DNA from: a virus
DNA: 64,000 nt
Reading direction: 5' to 3' (one strand)
Virus record (IMG/VR): IMGVR_UViG_3300031371_000001
Coordinates: 1-64,000 of that record
The notes beneath the pieces were generated by a model that worked only from the letters and a program-made list of their open reading frames with translations, had not been told where the DNA came from and did not search any database. Positions 16,045-25,809 of the stretch are shown piece after piece; within the stretch, counting starts at the first letter, position 1; each line of letters opens with the position of its first letter. The position numbers and the translations under genes were made by a program.

Positions 16045-16595
16045 GATTTCTTTCTGAACAGATCCCGGACGCCTTCAAGATCCTTCGGTGTCGGAACCTC
16101 GATAGGTTCTTCGTCTTCCTCGAAGATCAAGATATCGTCGTCCGCCGTGTCTTCGAGTCGGACGGATTCGCCGCGCCTTCGCTTCTTCGTCTTATAGCCA
16201 GCCTTCGCCTTGTAACCGTCCGGAACATCCGTGGAGTCTTCGACTTCAACGGGTTCGTCAAGAGTCGAAGCAAGCGCAATCGCATTCGCGCGTGTCATTG
16301 GCAGGAGGACAAGTTCATTATGTCCAACCCTCTCGACTTGGAAGTGAAGACGGACCTTCGATGAAGAAGCCCCGCCAACCTCGATCAAGTCGTTGTTGTG
16401 TAACGTCCCAACCGAGAAGAAGACGCCAGAATAGGAACGGGGTTCAACACGTTTCAAGAACTTGCGATCGAATCCGTAATTGGGATCTGTTCCCTGGATC
16501 TTCGCAATGTACTTGACGCCTCCCGGCGCCGCGGCCTCGAATGCTTCGGATTCGATACAAGCGCGACCTCGGATCGTTGTAAGCCTGACTTCCAT
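16041..16595 (-). CDS. hypothetical protein ending in a tag-like helix (LEGVRDLF)
   Basis: YIAKIQGTDPNYGFDRKFL N-domain; acidic linker; C-terminal LEGVRDLFRKKS. Confidence 0.7.
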   Translation of the reverse strand: MEVRLTTIRGRACIESEAFEAAAPGGVKYIAKIQGTDPNYGFDRKFLKRVEPRSYSGVFFSVGTLHNNDLIEVGGASSSKVRLHFQVERVGHNELVLLPMTRANAIALASTLDEPVEVEDSTDVPDGYKAKAGYKTKKRRRGESVRLEDTADDDILIFEEDEEPIEVPTPKDLEGVRDLFRKKS

Positions 16596-16616
16596 TCTAC
16601 CTTGTATATATGGGAT

Positions 16617-17201
16617 TCAGCCCGTAACCGTTTCGACGGCAAGACTCAAGTCTTGTTTGAAGGCGGCCGTCCGTTCCTTTGAATGCGATCGGAGAAGTCC
16701 GGAGGGATGGAATGTCGCAAGCGCCTTGAATTCTTCCAGTTCGCCGGCGTCGTTGAAGACGTATCCGGGGAGCATCTTTCCATGATGCTTGCCGATCCCG
16801 ACCTCCCCGGTTAGCGCCGTCAGCGGCACGGCTCCGACAGCAAGGATCAACGAAGGTTGGAGGATCCGGATCGCCGCGTCGAACAGTTTTCGGCAAGCGT
16901 TCACCTCGGAAGCAACCGGCGCCCGGTTCCCCGGTGGGAAACAAGCGACAGTGTTGACCGTGAAGGCGTCCTCCATGTCGAACCCGATGTCCTCGAACGT
17001 CTTTCGGATCAGCTTCCCCGCGCGTCCCTGGAAAGGCTTTCCCGTCTTGTCTTCCTCGGCTCCCGGCGCTTGTCCAAGAATCACGAGCGGAACGGCGTAG
17101 CGCCCGGAGCCGTAAACGACGCGGCGCCGCGTGCGCGAAAGCCGGCATTTGTCGCAATGCTTCCAGGCTTTCGCTTCGTATAGCAACGCTTCAGGAATCA
17201 C
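16617..17201 (-). CDS. uracil-DNA glycosylase, family 4 (4Fe-4S type)
   Basis: CDKCRL, GQAPG..E...G.PF.G.AG, C.PPGNR.P...E...C, HPS. Confidence 0.9.
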   Translation of the reverse strand: MIPEALLYEAKAWKHCDKCRLSRTRRRVVYGSGRYAVPLVILGQAPGAEEDKTGKPFQGRAGKLIRKTFEDIGFDMEDAFTVNTVACFPPGNRAPVASEVNACRKLFDAAIRILQPSLILAVGAVPLTALTGEVGIGKHHGKMLPGYVFNDAGELEEFKALATFHPSGLLRSHSKERTAAFKQDLSLAVETVTG

Positions 17202-17400
17202 TATCGACCTCCTTGAAGTCGAAGATCAAGTTCAAGATATCTTCAGCCGCTTGATTGCGCGTCTTCGGATCCGTGATTCCGTATCGATCATGAAGAAGCA
17301 TTGCGACATTCGAGCGATAACCCTCCCGAAGATCCTCCTCCTTCAAATGCTTCGCCATTGTTCGACGCGCCTCCGCGAATTCGTTTTCAATCTTCGCCAT
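17191..17400 (-). CDS. hypothetical protein
   Basis: GAGGAGG RBS. Confidence 0.7.
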   Translation of the reverse strand: MAKIENEFAEARRTMAKHLKEEDLREGYRSNVAMLLHDRYGITDPKTRNQAAEDILNLIFDFKEVDSDS

Positions 17401-17647
17401 GATCTACCTCCTCGTTTCGTCCCATTGGATGAAAGAAGATCAACCAAGATGGATCTTCGTGCGGTTCCCGTGTGCTAATCGCGCCTATGAAATAGCGCGA
17501 ATGATCGTCCTTTTTTTCGTGAAACACTAGATCGTGCAAGTGCAAAGACAACCCGTTGATCCGAATCAAAGGTGCGTCCCCTTCTTTGAAGACAAGCATT
17601 GGCACTTGTGGAGCGACGACAAGCCCGGGATAAAATGGCTTCCTCAC
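17387..17647 (-). CDS. hypothetical protein
   Basis: GTGA overlap, GAGGAGG RBS. Confidence 0.6.
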   Translation of the reverse strand: MRKPFYPGLVVAPQVPMLVFKEGDAPLIRINGLSLHLHDLVFHEKKDDHSRYFIGAISTREPHEDPSWLIFFHPMGRNEEVDHGED

Positions 17648-18519
17648 TCGTCCTCCTCGATCAAAGACTCGAAGACGAACGGATCCAGGGCTTCACGGAT
17701 CTTGTGCTTGAAGATCAGCTTCTTCGCCTTCTTCCGATTGGCCGCCTTCTTCCGTTCCTTGAAGTCGATCAACCGAAGCGCCGCAAGCTTCCAGGACAGC
17801 ATTGCGGAATCACGCCCCGCTTGCATCTTTTCGGCAAGCTTCGGCGGCTTCACGTCGCCGTTATCGAGTGCGCGATAGATCGAGAACAAGTCCCCATATT
17901 GCTTGATCAGCTTGACGGCGTTGACGGGTCCGACTCCGTGGACGCCCTTGTAATTGTCCGACGAATCGCCGGCGATCGCCTTCAGCGTTTGGACCATTTC
18001 CGGAGGAACGCCAAGCTTCGATTCGACGTATCGCCTCGAAAGAGGCTTCCCTGTCGGATGCAAGACGAAGACCCCCGGGAACCTGACAAGCTGAAGAAGA
18101 TCCGCGTCCATAGAATAGACGATCACTGTCGGAGGGTTTTCTTCCTTTCGCGCCCGAATCACGATCGAATGGATCACGTCGTCAGCCTCGAACCCTTTCC
18201 GATAGGCTTGCGTGATTCCCATTGCTTCGAGCAACGGGATCAGAATCTTGATCGCATCCTTGACAGCGCCTCGCATCATTTCGAGGTTCGCGTCTTTGCG
18301 CCGCTTCGACTTGTAATCAACGAAGATCCGTTTGCGGAACGATTCGCCAACGTCCCACGCAACGATCGTCTTCTTCGTCTTGTGGTATCGCGGCAGGGTC
18401 GAAAGCCAACCCATGAAGCGGCCGGCGTGCTTGCTCGATTCTTCGAGCGGCGCCGCGCCGACAACGCGCCAGATCAATTGATTCCCGTCGATAACCGCTA
18501 GTCTCGTTTCACTATCCAT
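17644..18519 (-). CDS. 5'-3' exonuclease / flap endonuclease (PolI N-domain, T4 RNase H-like)
   Basis: IDGN, YKSKR, EADDVI, S.DADL.QL, GDSSDN..GV.GVG (H3TH). Confidence 0.92.
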   Translation of the reverse strand: MDSETRLAVIDGNQLIWRVVGAAPLEESSKHAGRFMGWLSTLPRYHKTKKTIVAWDVGESFRKRIFVDYKSKRRKDANLEMMRGAVKDAIKILIPLLEAMGITQAYRKGFEADDVIHSIVIRARKEENPPTVIVYSMDADLLQLVRFPGVFVLHPTGKPLSRRYVESKLGVPPEMVQTLKAIAGDSSDNYKGVHGVGPVNAVKLIKQYGDLFSIYRALDNGDVKPPKLAEKMQAGRDSAMLSWKLAALRLIDFKERKKAANRKKAKKLIFKHKIREALDPFVFESLIEEDE

Positions 18520-19199
18520 TCGCGCCCCAACAAGTTCACCGGGTTTGATTTCGTCGCACGTTGAAAAACTCGAATGACCCCTTCCGGCAGTTGATCGAGT
18601 CGGAGCTTTCCGAATCGAAGAAGTGCCTCCGTCCTGACAAGATCCGCCAATATGTAAGCGTCTGCCAAGTCGTAAGAGATCAGATCCTTGGACCCGACGT
18701 TGAAAGCCCCGAAGTCAACGTCCCTCTTTTCCTTTATGGCGTTTAGGACATCCTCCTTCGCGGCAGATCCGAAAGCGGTTGCGTAAAGCTTCACGTCGTT
18801 TGTCGTGTAGAGTCGGAAGGGAATCCCGGTGTGATAGATGATCAGTTTTAGAAGCCCTGCGATTTCTGCGATCGTATAGGCTTGCGTCCTGCGGCTGAAA
18901 GCGTAATCCTCGATCGCAACGTGCGTCGGTTGCAATTCCTCGATCACGTTCCGAAACGTCCTGTAATTGAACAACAGCCTTTGCGTTCTGAAGATATCCC
19001 GATCGGCGTTCTTTTTCTTCTTCGGGTGAAAGTAGCTTTTCGGATTGAATTCTCGAAGCGACCTCTTCCCTGCGAGATCGGCAAGCTTCTTCACGTCGCA
19101 AGTGAAGCGCGTTGCGAGTATTTCCGCCGTGTGATTCATGAGAACGAAGCCCGTATGATTCGGCGCAACGTCGCAACCTAGAAGTCGAAGTTCATTCAT
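18498..19199 (-). CDS. RuvC-like Holliday junction resolvase
   Basis: LLGCD....TG, VAIEDY, G.A.KE, DLADA. Confidence 0.85.
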   Translation of the reverse strand: MNELRLLGCDVAPNHTGFVLMNHTAEILATRFTCDVKKLADLAGKRSLREFNPKSYFHPKKKKNADRDIFRTQRLLFNYRTFRNVIEELQPTHVAIEDYAFSRRTQAYTIAEIAGLLKLIIYHTGIPFRLYTTNDVKLYATAFGSAAKEDVLNAIKEKRDVDFGAFNVGSKDLISYDLADAYILADLVRTEALLRFGKLRLDQLPEGVIRVFQRATKSNPVNLLGREWIVKRD

Positions 19200-19407
19200 G
19201 ATTGTTGATCTGATCTTCCAGGTTGTTGACGGTTTCCCATGCGGCGCCGATCGAAGCGTCGAGGGTTTTGACTTCGAGTTCTAGCGCCTCGATCTTCTCC
19301 GCCTGTTCTTCGATCGCGTTGTTCAATCTTCTTTCCGTGACAATCAAGGTTGCAAGCAACAGGAAGAAGGAAACGGCAACAAGCCAACGCCAATAATCAT
19401 TTTTCAT
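19192..19407 (-). CDS. small membrane-anchored coiled-coil protein
   Basis: MKNDYWRWLVAVSFFLLLATLIV then a coiled coil; AAGGAGG RBS. Confidence 0.7.
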   Translation of the reverse strand: MKNDYWRWLVAVSFFLLLATLIVTERRLNNAIEEQAEKIEALELEVKTLDASIGAAWETVNNLEDQINNHE

Positions 19408-20891
19408 AGATCCTCCTTTATCTCGATCGCTTCTTTCGCAATCTTCGCAAAGATAGGATCCTTCTCGATACCGATCCACTTCATGTTTTCTTCAATGGCG
19501 GCTATCGCCGCCGTGCCGCTCCCGATGAAAGGATCGAGAACGATTCCGTCCGGGGGAACGACAAGGCGAAGAAGCCAGCGGATCAAGGTGAGAGGTTTTT
19601 GTGTCGGATGGGAAGTGATTTCCCCGTGTTCCTTGTGGACCTTTCGCTTCCGGGCAGGGAAAGACCGTTCGCAAGCGTGACAGTAGATCCGGCGTTCTTT
19701 CCTGGCGGCCTTTGCGTTGTATTTGAACTGTGGAAAGAAACGGGCGGCGGTGCCGGTGTCGGCGCGTCCGGGTTCTTTTTCATCGGCTCCTCTCGCCTTC
19801 ATGCCCCACCCTGGCGACGTGGCCCCTTCACGTCCTTCCCTGGCAGACCAAATTCCCGTCGTGTCATGGCTGGACGTGACCCCGCTCATCTCCCCCAACG
19901 CCTTCACCGGGCAATCGTCGGCGCATCGCATGTCGGGCACTATCTCGGTGCCATAGCCGCCGGAAACGTCAAGTGTCCGATCCCCGTCCCCGTATAGGTT
20001 CGCAGCACCATACCCCCCCGCCCCTTGTCCGTGATTGCCTGATTTCACCCGCTTGACACCCACCTGCTCGCAGTCCGTGTGGCTGAAGCAAAGGTTTGGG
20101 GGCCAGCGACCGGAATTGTTTTCCCATGCTTCACCTTCTAGCGTCGGTTCGCCACGCCCCGCGCCTCCGGTGAACTTGCCCGTCTTGAAGCCGCAACCCG
20201 TCGTTGTTTTGATCGTTTCACTAGTGGCAACCTTGCAAGCTCCAACGTTGATCGCCCCCGCACCGTGCTTCAAGACGTTATCGACAAGCGTTCCCTTGAA
20301 AGGTTTTCGCGCAACGCAGATCGGTTCGTGCGCCGGCTTCAATGTACTATTCCAACCTTGCCAACGCTTCGCCTCCTCCGACGCCGCCTCCGTGACTTCG
20401 TATTTCCCGGGCCATTGATAAGAATCGTCGGAGTGAACGGAACCCCCTTGCGGTTGCGCCGCCGCGCCGGTGCGCCCCTTGCCTTTTCCGACAACCCTTC
20501 CTTTCACGCCGCGCTTCTTATCGATCGCCTTTGCTATGTTCGTTCCCTTCGGAAAGCCCGTTCCATAGATCCATTCGATCCCGTCCCGAATCTCGAAGCC
20601 AGCGTCTTCGATTCCAGCGATCATCCGGTGCGCCGTTCGAGCGCCGCCGAACGAAAGCAAGTAACCTCCAGGCTTCAAGACTCGCAAACATTCACGCGCC
20701 CATTGTTCGCACCATTGTTGAAACGCAAGTGGACTTTCGATCTTGTCCCATGACGCCCCCATGAATGCGATCCCATATGGCGGATCCGTCACGACGGAGG
20801 AAACGCTTTCGTCCGCGATCGATTCCATTGCTTCGATACAATCGCCAACAAGCAACGAACCGGACTTGAACTTGTATCGAGTGTCAAACAA
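19404..20891 (-). CDS. DNA amino-methyltransferase (N4C/N6A, beta class)
   Basis: GDC, TDPPY (motif IV) precedes HPTQKP and LDPFIGSGT (motif I); start approximate (TTG 20891). Confidence 0.92.
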   Translation of the reverse strand: MFDTRYKFKSGSLLVGDCIEAMESIADESVSSVVTDPPYGIAFMGASWDKIESPLAFQQWCEQWARECLRVLKPGGYLLSFGGARTAHRMIAGIEDAGFEIRDGIEWIYGTGFPKGTNIAKAIDKKRGVKGRVVGKGKGRTGAAAQPQGGSVHSDDSYQWPGKYEVTEAASEEAKRWQGWNSTLKPAHEPICVARKPFKGTLVDNVLKHGAGAINVGACKVATSETIKTTTGCGFKTGKFTGGAGRGEPTLEGEAWENNSGRWPPNLCFSHTDCEQVGVKRVKSGNHGQGAGGYGAANLYGDGDRTLDVSGGYGTEIVPDMRCADDCPVKALGEMSGVTSSHDTTGIWSAREGREGATSPGWGMKARGADEKEPGRADTGTAARFFPQFKYNAKAARKERRIYCHACERSFPARKRKVHKEHGEITSHPTQKPLTLIRWLLRLVVPPDGIVLDPFIGSGTAAIAAIEENMKWIGIEKDPIFAKIAKEAIEIKEDL

Positions 20892-21309
20892 GCTTCGTCC
20901 CGCCTTCGCCGTCGAGTTCCCAACGCCGCCCCCTGTAATCGACGTGTGGCCCTTCATGCCCCGCGCCGTCCGGGTGATAACAAGTCTTCGTGTTGAAGCC
21001 CCCATGTTTGCCCGGAACCTTCGGATTGCAGATCGATTGACGATTCTTCACGGCGTCTCGAAGCGCCTTCCAGGGCTTGAACCTCGCAAGCGTGACGACG
21101 TGCGATATATAGAACGAAGCGTCTTCGTCCATTGGATGATCGACCGGCGTTTGAAGACTCGAAAGGTAGAACTTGCCGAAACCGGGAATCCTGATCTCCC
21201 GCTTCGCCGTCAGTTCCCGAACGATGATCGCCGCCGCTTCGGCAAGGATCCCGCGTTCCTTTCGCGTCAGTTTCGCCGGCGTCAAGTTGAACAGATCGCC
21301 ACGTTTCAT
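20884..21309 (-). CDS. HU/IHF-like DNA-binding protein with a C-terminal Cys/His extension
   Basis: EIRIPGFGKF...RFKPWKALRDAV; tail C...C.H...H.GPH. Confidence 0.75.
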   Translation of the reverse strand: MKRGDLFNLTPAKLTRKERGILAEAAAIIVRELTAKREIRIPGFGKFYLSSLQTPVDHPMDEDASFYISHVVTLARFKPWKALRDAVKNRQSICNPKVPGKHGGFNTKTCYHPDGAGHEGPHVDYRGRRWELDGEGGTKLV

Positions 21310-21310
21310 T

Positions 21311-21628
21311 TCACCCCTCCGCTTTCTTCGTGTATGGCTTGCCGTCAAAGTCGAAGTAACCGACTTCCTTTCCGTCTTCGAGTTCAATCAACAGCGGTCC
21401 CCGGAACAAGCCGTATGAACACCAATTGCAACCGGCGTCTTCGAGATAGCGGCCGATACACTCTTGCGCCGGTGCCCAACCTTTGCCCTTCAATTCCGGG
21501 TAATTCTTCTTCGCCGTGTTGACGGACTGAACATCGCCGCAAGACGGACAGACGAAACGCCAGTTGCAACGATCCTCCCCGAAAAGTTCAACGCCCTTCG
21601 CTTCCCAATCGGCAAGCTTGACCGCCAT
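21311..21628 (-). CDS. VVA0879-like Cys-rich phage protein
   Basis: WRFVCPSCG..QS...QECIGRY...GCNW.SYGLF.GP. Confidence 0.7.
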   Translation of the reverse strand: MAVKLADWEAKGVELFGEDRCNWRFVCPSCGDVQSVNTAKKNYPELKGKGWAPAQECIGRYLEDAGCNWCSYGLFRGPLLIELEDGKEVGYFDFDGKPYTKKAEG

Positions 21629-21629
21629 T

Positions 21630-21812
21630 TCACGCCTCCGGTTTCAGGACAAGAATCTTGTCCGGGTAGATTGAATCGAGGGTTTTGATCCATCGCAACT
21701 TGTAAACGCGCCCGCACTTGCGACAGGTTCGCTTTTGACACGATCCATCTTGCGGCCGCTTGTCGCTCGAAAAACCAATGCGAAAGCCGCAACAAGTGAT
21801 CGTGAAATGCAA
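21630..21812 (-). CDS. small zinc-finger protein
   Basis: TCCG...CRKCG; GGAGG RBS. Confidence 0.55.
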   Translation of the reverse strand: MHFTITCCGFRIGFSSDKRPQDGSCQKRTCRKCGRVYKLRWIKTLDSIYPDKILVLKPEA

Positions 21813-21813
21813 A

Positions 21814-24711
21814 TCACGCCTCCGCGATCGTCGTCCGGTTCCCTTTGCGAACCGCGATCAAGACGTTATCGAAAACGGCTGAAAGTTCGGCGTCATGAGA
21901 AATCACGAACGCCGCGCCTTTGCGCCTTCGCAGTTCGTCAATCAACGTGACAACCCGCGCGCGTCCTTCGGCGTCCAGCCCATCGAGGATTTCGTCCAGG
22001 ATCACGAGTCCGATTTCCGCCCCGTCGCGTTCCGACAGGATATCCATGAAGGCAAGGTCAGTTGCGATCTCGATCTTCTTCCGCTGTCCCCCGCTTGGCG
22101 TTGCGTCCTCGATTCCCTCGACGTCGAAGGTGACTGCGATCTGTTCCGACTCTGATCCCCGCTTCGTCGTCCGGGTGGCGGAAAGCCGGATCTCGATATC
22201 TCCGTCCGTCAGAATCGACAGGTAGCGGTTCGCGTATGCTTCGAGCTTCGGGAGGTAGAGTTCAACCAGGAACGAAGCCAATCCCCGGTTCCCAAATCCG
22301 GCAACCCAAAAGTTCAAAAGTTCAACGGCCCTGGAAAGCTTCGCCGCCCGCCCCTTCGACTTCTTCAGATCCTCGCGGCTGGATTCCAAGTTTTCCTTCG
22401 TCTTTTCGATGGCTTCCGTGTGAGCGTTACGCCAACCCTTCGCTTCCCGAATATCGGCTTTCAGCCGTTCCCGGGTATCCTCGACGTGCGAAAGTTTCGC
22501 TTCGAGCGCCCGGATCGACCCGGAGAAGGTTTCGGCACGGAGGCGCGCGTCCCTGGAGGCCAGTATTTGCCCGTCAAGCCGTTCGATCGCCGCCTTGACC
22601 TTGGACACCTGTTCCCCGATTCCGTCGATTCTAGCGCCATTCTCGCGCGCCGTGGACTTGCTCCGGGAGATCCGGGCGGAAACGTCCTTCAAATGCGCCC
22701 TGATATGGTCCGAATCGGCCGGCGTCCCACACGTCGGACAGCGCCCTTCGTCAAATTTGGCGATCGCCACTTCATCGATCCCGATCATCGTTTCGAGCTT
22801 CGCGGTTGACGACTCGATTTCGGACTTGTCGGAGGCCAGTTCTTCAAGCCGCTTCTTCAGCTTGTCCCGGGACGCGATCGCCTTTTCCTCCCCGGCGCAT
22901 TCCTTGTAAGCGTCCGCCTTCCGCTTCTTCAGCTTTCGGAGCTTCGCCTCCGCGCCGGCGACGTCCGGGAGTTCGTCCAGTTCGACCTCCAAGCTTCGGA
23001 TCTTGGCGGCCCGTTCCTCCTCGAAGGCGTTTGAAGCCTCCTCGAATTCGGACGCCTGTTCTTTCAGCTTCAGGATCCAACTTCGCGTGTTCTCGATCTT
23101 GCCGTTCTCGACGGACAGATCGGCGGCCTTTCGCGACTTGAATTCGGAGGCGGCCTTCTGTCCCGCCTTGATCGTGTCGTCTATATCGAGCGCCGATCGG
23201 AAGATCCGCTTGCGTTCTTCGTCCTTCATTTCGGGATCCGCGAATCGCATCCGATCCCCTTGCCCGAACAGGACGGAATTTCTGAAGGACAAGAAATCAA
23301 GCCCTAGCAGTCGAACGATCTTCGCTTGCGTGTCCTTCTGCGAACCTTCGGCGCTTACGTCTTCGCCGTTCATCGAAAGCGATAGCTCGCCTTTCGACTT
23401 TCCCCGACGTCTGACAATCTCGTATTCGTCGCCGCTCTTCTCGAACGTCAACTTCACTTCGGCAACCCCACGGGCGCCCCGCGTCCGGACGTCGATCTTC
23501 CCCTCTATCACTTCACCGTAAAGCGCCCAAACGATCGCACGGAAGAAGGTAGACTTCCCCGCACCGTTCGAGACGGCGGCCGTCGTGTCGAGGTTGCGTC
23601 CGATAACGAGAGTCACCCCCGGACGTTCGAGATCGACGGGGTGCATTCGCTCGAAGCAAAGGAAGTTCGACGCCTCGACGGACTTGAAGGTGACAAGCCC
23701 GGGGATTGAACCAGCGCGGGAAGACGTATCGCCTATCAGACGACAGCCCAACTCGACAAGCTTTGTCTTGTCGGATTCTTCCGGAGCCTTTAAATCGACG
23801 TATTGCGCGATCGCTTCTTCGAGCGTGAAACGTTCGGCGTCGAGTTCGAGGCGCCCCCGCGATTCGATTTCCTCCGTCCGCTTCGTCGTCAGAAGACGCG
23901 CGCGGCCGTGTGGTTCTTCTTCGGGATCGAAGACGATCACGTAATCGTCTTTTCCGAAGTGTCCCGGTTCCCCCTCAAAGGTCCGAAACCGCGGCATCTT
24001 GCTTTCAACGAAGTCGAGTTCGAGCGTTTCGGTGTCGAACCTATGGAAGCCTTGAACCTGATTCGCCTCCCTGAAGTCGAGGTTGTAAGTAGACCCGACG
24101 AACTGGACCCTCCCGATCCGTTGCTTGTGGTGCGCGTGTCCAGCCAACACGAGATCGAATGGGTTGAAGATTTCAGGAGGAACGTCTGTCGGAAACTCCA
24201 TCCCGGCTTGCTTCACGCCCTTGACGTATTGATGAACCAACGCGACGTTTTCGTAGTCGTCGTCAAGCTTCGAGATCCCCTCCTTCACTGATTCGATAAA
24301 TCCCTTCGGCGGCAGGTACGGGAAGGCGTGAAACACAACGCCTTCAACCTCGACGGTTTGCCCGTGCTTCAAGATCGTGATCTTGTCGTCTTCGAGCGCC
24401 TCCAGGTATTGAAGCGTGTTGTGATTCCCTGCCGCGTCTTCGGTGTCGTGATTGCCGGGGAGTAACCACACGAAACCAGCGTTTCGCGCAAGGTGTTTGA
24501 TTGCGCGCGTGACGACCTTGATCGTCACGGCGTCGAGGCGGCGCCTATCGAATAGATCCCCAAGGACGATCACGCCTTCGGGTTTCGACTTCGACAATCG
24601 AAGGAGGAAGCGCGCAACGTCCTTCAGACGGTCGGAGATCCCATCCGTCCCCGCGCGCGAATATGGGAGGTTATTTGAAGCGTGAAGGTCTGAAAGGATG
24701 GTAACGTGCAC
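21814..24711 (-). CDS. single-chain Mre11(SbcD)-Rad50(SbcC) fusion nuclease-ATPase
   Basis: SDLH, GDLFD, GNHD, HQ, GHAH phosphoesterase motifs; then NGAGKST Walker A, GQG Q-loop, CPTCG hook, SGGQ, LDE, ISH; one continuous ORF. Confidence 0.92.
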   Translation of the reverse strand: MHVTILSDLHASNNLPYSRAGTDGISDRLKDVARFLLRLSKSKPEGVIVLGDLFDRRRLDAVTIKVVTRAIKHLARNAGFVWLLPGNHDTEDAAGNHNTLQYLEALEDDKITILKHGQTVEVEGVVFHAFPYLPPKGFIESVKEGISKLDDDYENVALVHQYVKGVKQAGMEFPTDVPPEIFNPFDLVLAGHAHHKQRIGRVQFVGSTYNLDFREANQVQGFHRFDTETLELDFVESKMPRFRTFEGEPGHFGKDDYVIVFDPEEEPHGRARLLTTKRTEEIESRGRLELDAERFTLEEAIAQYVDLKAPEESDKTKLVELGCRLIGDTSSRAGSIPGLVTFKSVEASNFLCFERMHPVDLERPGVTLVIGRNLDTTAAVSNGAGKSTFFRAIVWALYGEVIEGKIDVRTRGARGVAEVKLTFEKSGDEYEIVRRRGKSKGELSLSMNGEDVSAEGSQKDTQAKIVRLLGLDFLSFRNSVLFGQGDRMRFADPEMKDEERKRIFRSALDIDDTIKAGQKAASEFKSRKAADLSVENGKIENTRSWILKLKEQASEFEEASNAFEEERAAKIRSLEVELDELPDVAGAEAKLRKLKKRKADAYKECAGEEKAIASRDKLKKRLEELASDKSEIESSTAKLETMIGIDEVAIAKFDEGRCPTCGTPADSDHIRAHLKDVSARISRSKSTARENGARIDGIGEQVSKVKAAIERLDGQILASRDARLRAETFSGSIRALEAKLSHVEDTRERLKADIREAKGWRNAHTEAIEKTKENLESSREDLKKSKGRAAKLSRAVELLNFWVAGFGNRGLASFLVELYLPKLEAYANRYLSILTDGDIEIRLSATRTTKRGSESEQIAVTFDVEGIEDATPSGGQRKKIEIATDLAFMDILSERDGAEIGLVILDEILDGLDAEGRARVVTLIDELRRRKGAAFVISHDAELSAVFDNVLIAVRKGNRTTIAEA

Positions 24712-24721
24712 GGGTCAAGGT

Positions 24722-25792
24722 TCAGTCAAGCAAGGAATCAAGATCGTCGTCTTCGTCGCCGTCGTCCGATCCGCCGTCGTCCGTCCCGGTGTCGTCTTCC
24801 TCCTCCTCCGGGGCTTCGTCGCCCTTCGACTTGCCTCCCGCCTTTTCCTGACATTCCCCGACCATCTTGCAAGCCTCGCAAGCCGGATCGTCTTCGTCGT
24901 AATCGATCCCGAAACAAGGAGGCTTCTTCACCTTGTCCTTCTTCTTCCCGTCGTCCTTCTTCGTCTTCTTCTTCTTCGAGGAGGAGGATGACTTCTTCTT
25001 CTCCGTCTTCTTTTCCTCCCCGTCGTCCGATTCCTCCCCGCCGGCGTCGTCGTCCTCGAACAGATCGTCCGCCTCCTTCGGTTCGTCCTCGACTTCCATC
25101 CCGTCCGCCGCTGCGGCGAGTTCATCGCCCGTCTTCAGCATTCGGACAAGGATCTTGTGACAGTCGCAAGCCCCGTCCTCGACGGCGGCCTCCAGGACCA
25201 TTGCCGCATACTTCTTCGGAAGTGGCTTCGGGTCCTTCAACGACTTCATGTGAGCCATGACGGTGTATTCCGTGTCGTTCTTCTTCCGACCGGAACGCTT
25301 GATCTTGAAGAAGACGGCGCCCTTCAGATCGCAGATCGACTCCCCGACTTCGAGAAGAAGATCGGCAACCCCGTTCCAAACGGAACGCGGAGCAAGGTAG
25401 GGCCGAACCTCGATCGGATCGTACTTTCCCCACTCACGATCGCGCGGTCCCTTCAGTTGGAGCGGAAGGACGGCCATCATGAACTTGACGGAAGGCTTGT
25501 TGCCCTTCTCGCAAAGCGGACAGGTCTTCGGAAGCTTCTTCCCTTCCCCCTTCAGGACGGAGCGGAAGATCGGATCCTTCAGGATTGGGTTCTTCTCCGC
25601 ATTGGCGCAAACGATCCCGGCGTCCCCCGTGTAATGCATCGCAACGGGATAGTAGGGTTCGCTTGCATCCCGGATCGGTGGGCAAAGAAAGATGATATGC
25701 TCCCCCTCCGCAGCGGCGAAGAACGGGGCGCCGTCGCCTCTACCTTGCTTGTATCTGTCCTTGTCTGCGGCGATCTTGTCCTTGTCGATCAT
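24722..25792 (-). CDS. gp32-like single-stranded DNA-binding protein
   Basis: H...C...CPLC metal site, IKRSG...TEY, long acidic tail ending DDDLDSLLD; position between DNA polymerase and SbcCD. Confidence 0.7.
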   Translation of the reverse strand: MIDKDKIAADKDRYKQGRGDGAPFFAAAEGEHIIFLCPPIRDASEPYYPVAMHYTGDAGIVCANAEKNPILKDPIFRSVLKGEGKKLPKTCPLCEKGNKPSVKFMMAVLPLQLKGPRDREWGKYDPIEVRPYLAPRSVWNGVADLLLEVGESICDLKGAVFFKIKRSGRKKNDTEYTVMAHMKSLKDPKPLPKKYAAMVLEAAVEDGACDCHKILVRMLKTGDELAAAADGMEVEDEPKEADDLFEDDDAGGEESDDGEEKKTEKKKSSSSSKKKKTKKDDGKKKDKVKKPPCFGIDYDEDDPACEACKMVGECQEKAGGKSKGDEAPEEEEDDTGTDDGGSDDGDEDDDLDSLLD

Positions 25793-25809
25793 GTTTCTTC
25801 CCTTTCCTG

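Noticed and set aside
10525-16615. CCATATA motif upstream of three genes (about 10525, 11390, 16605) as a phage-sigma promoter
   Set aside because: Too short, with no consistent upstream element; cannot be distinguished from chance AT-rich intergenic sequence.
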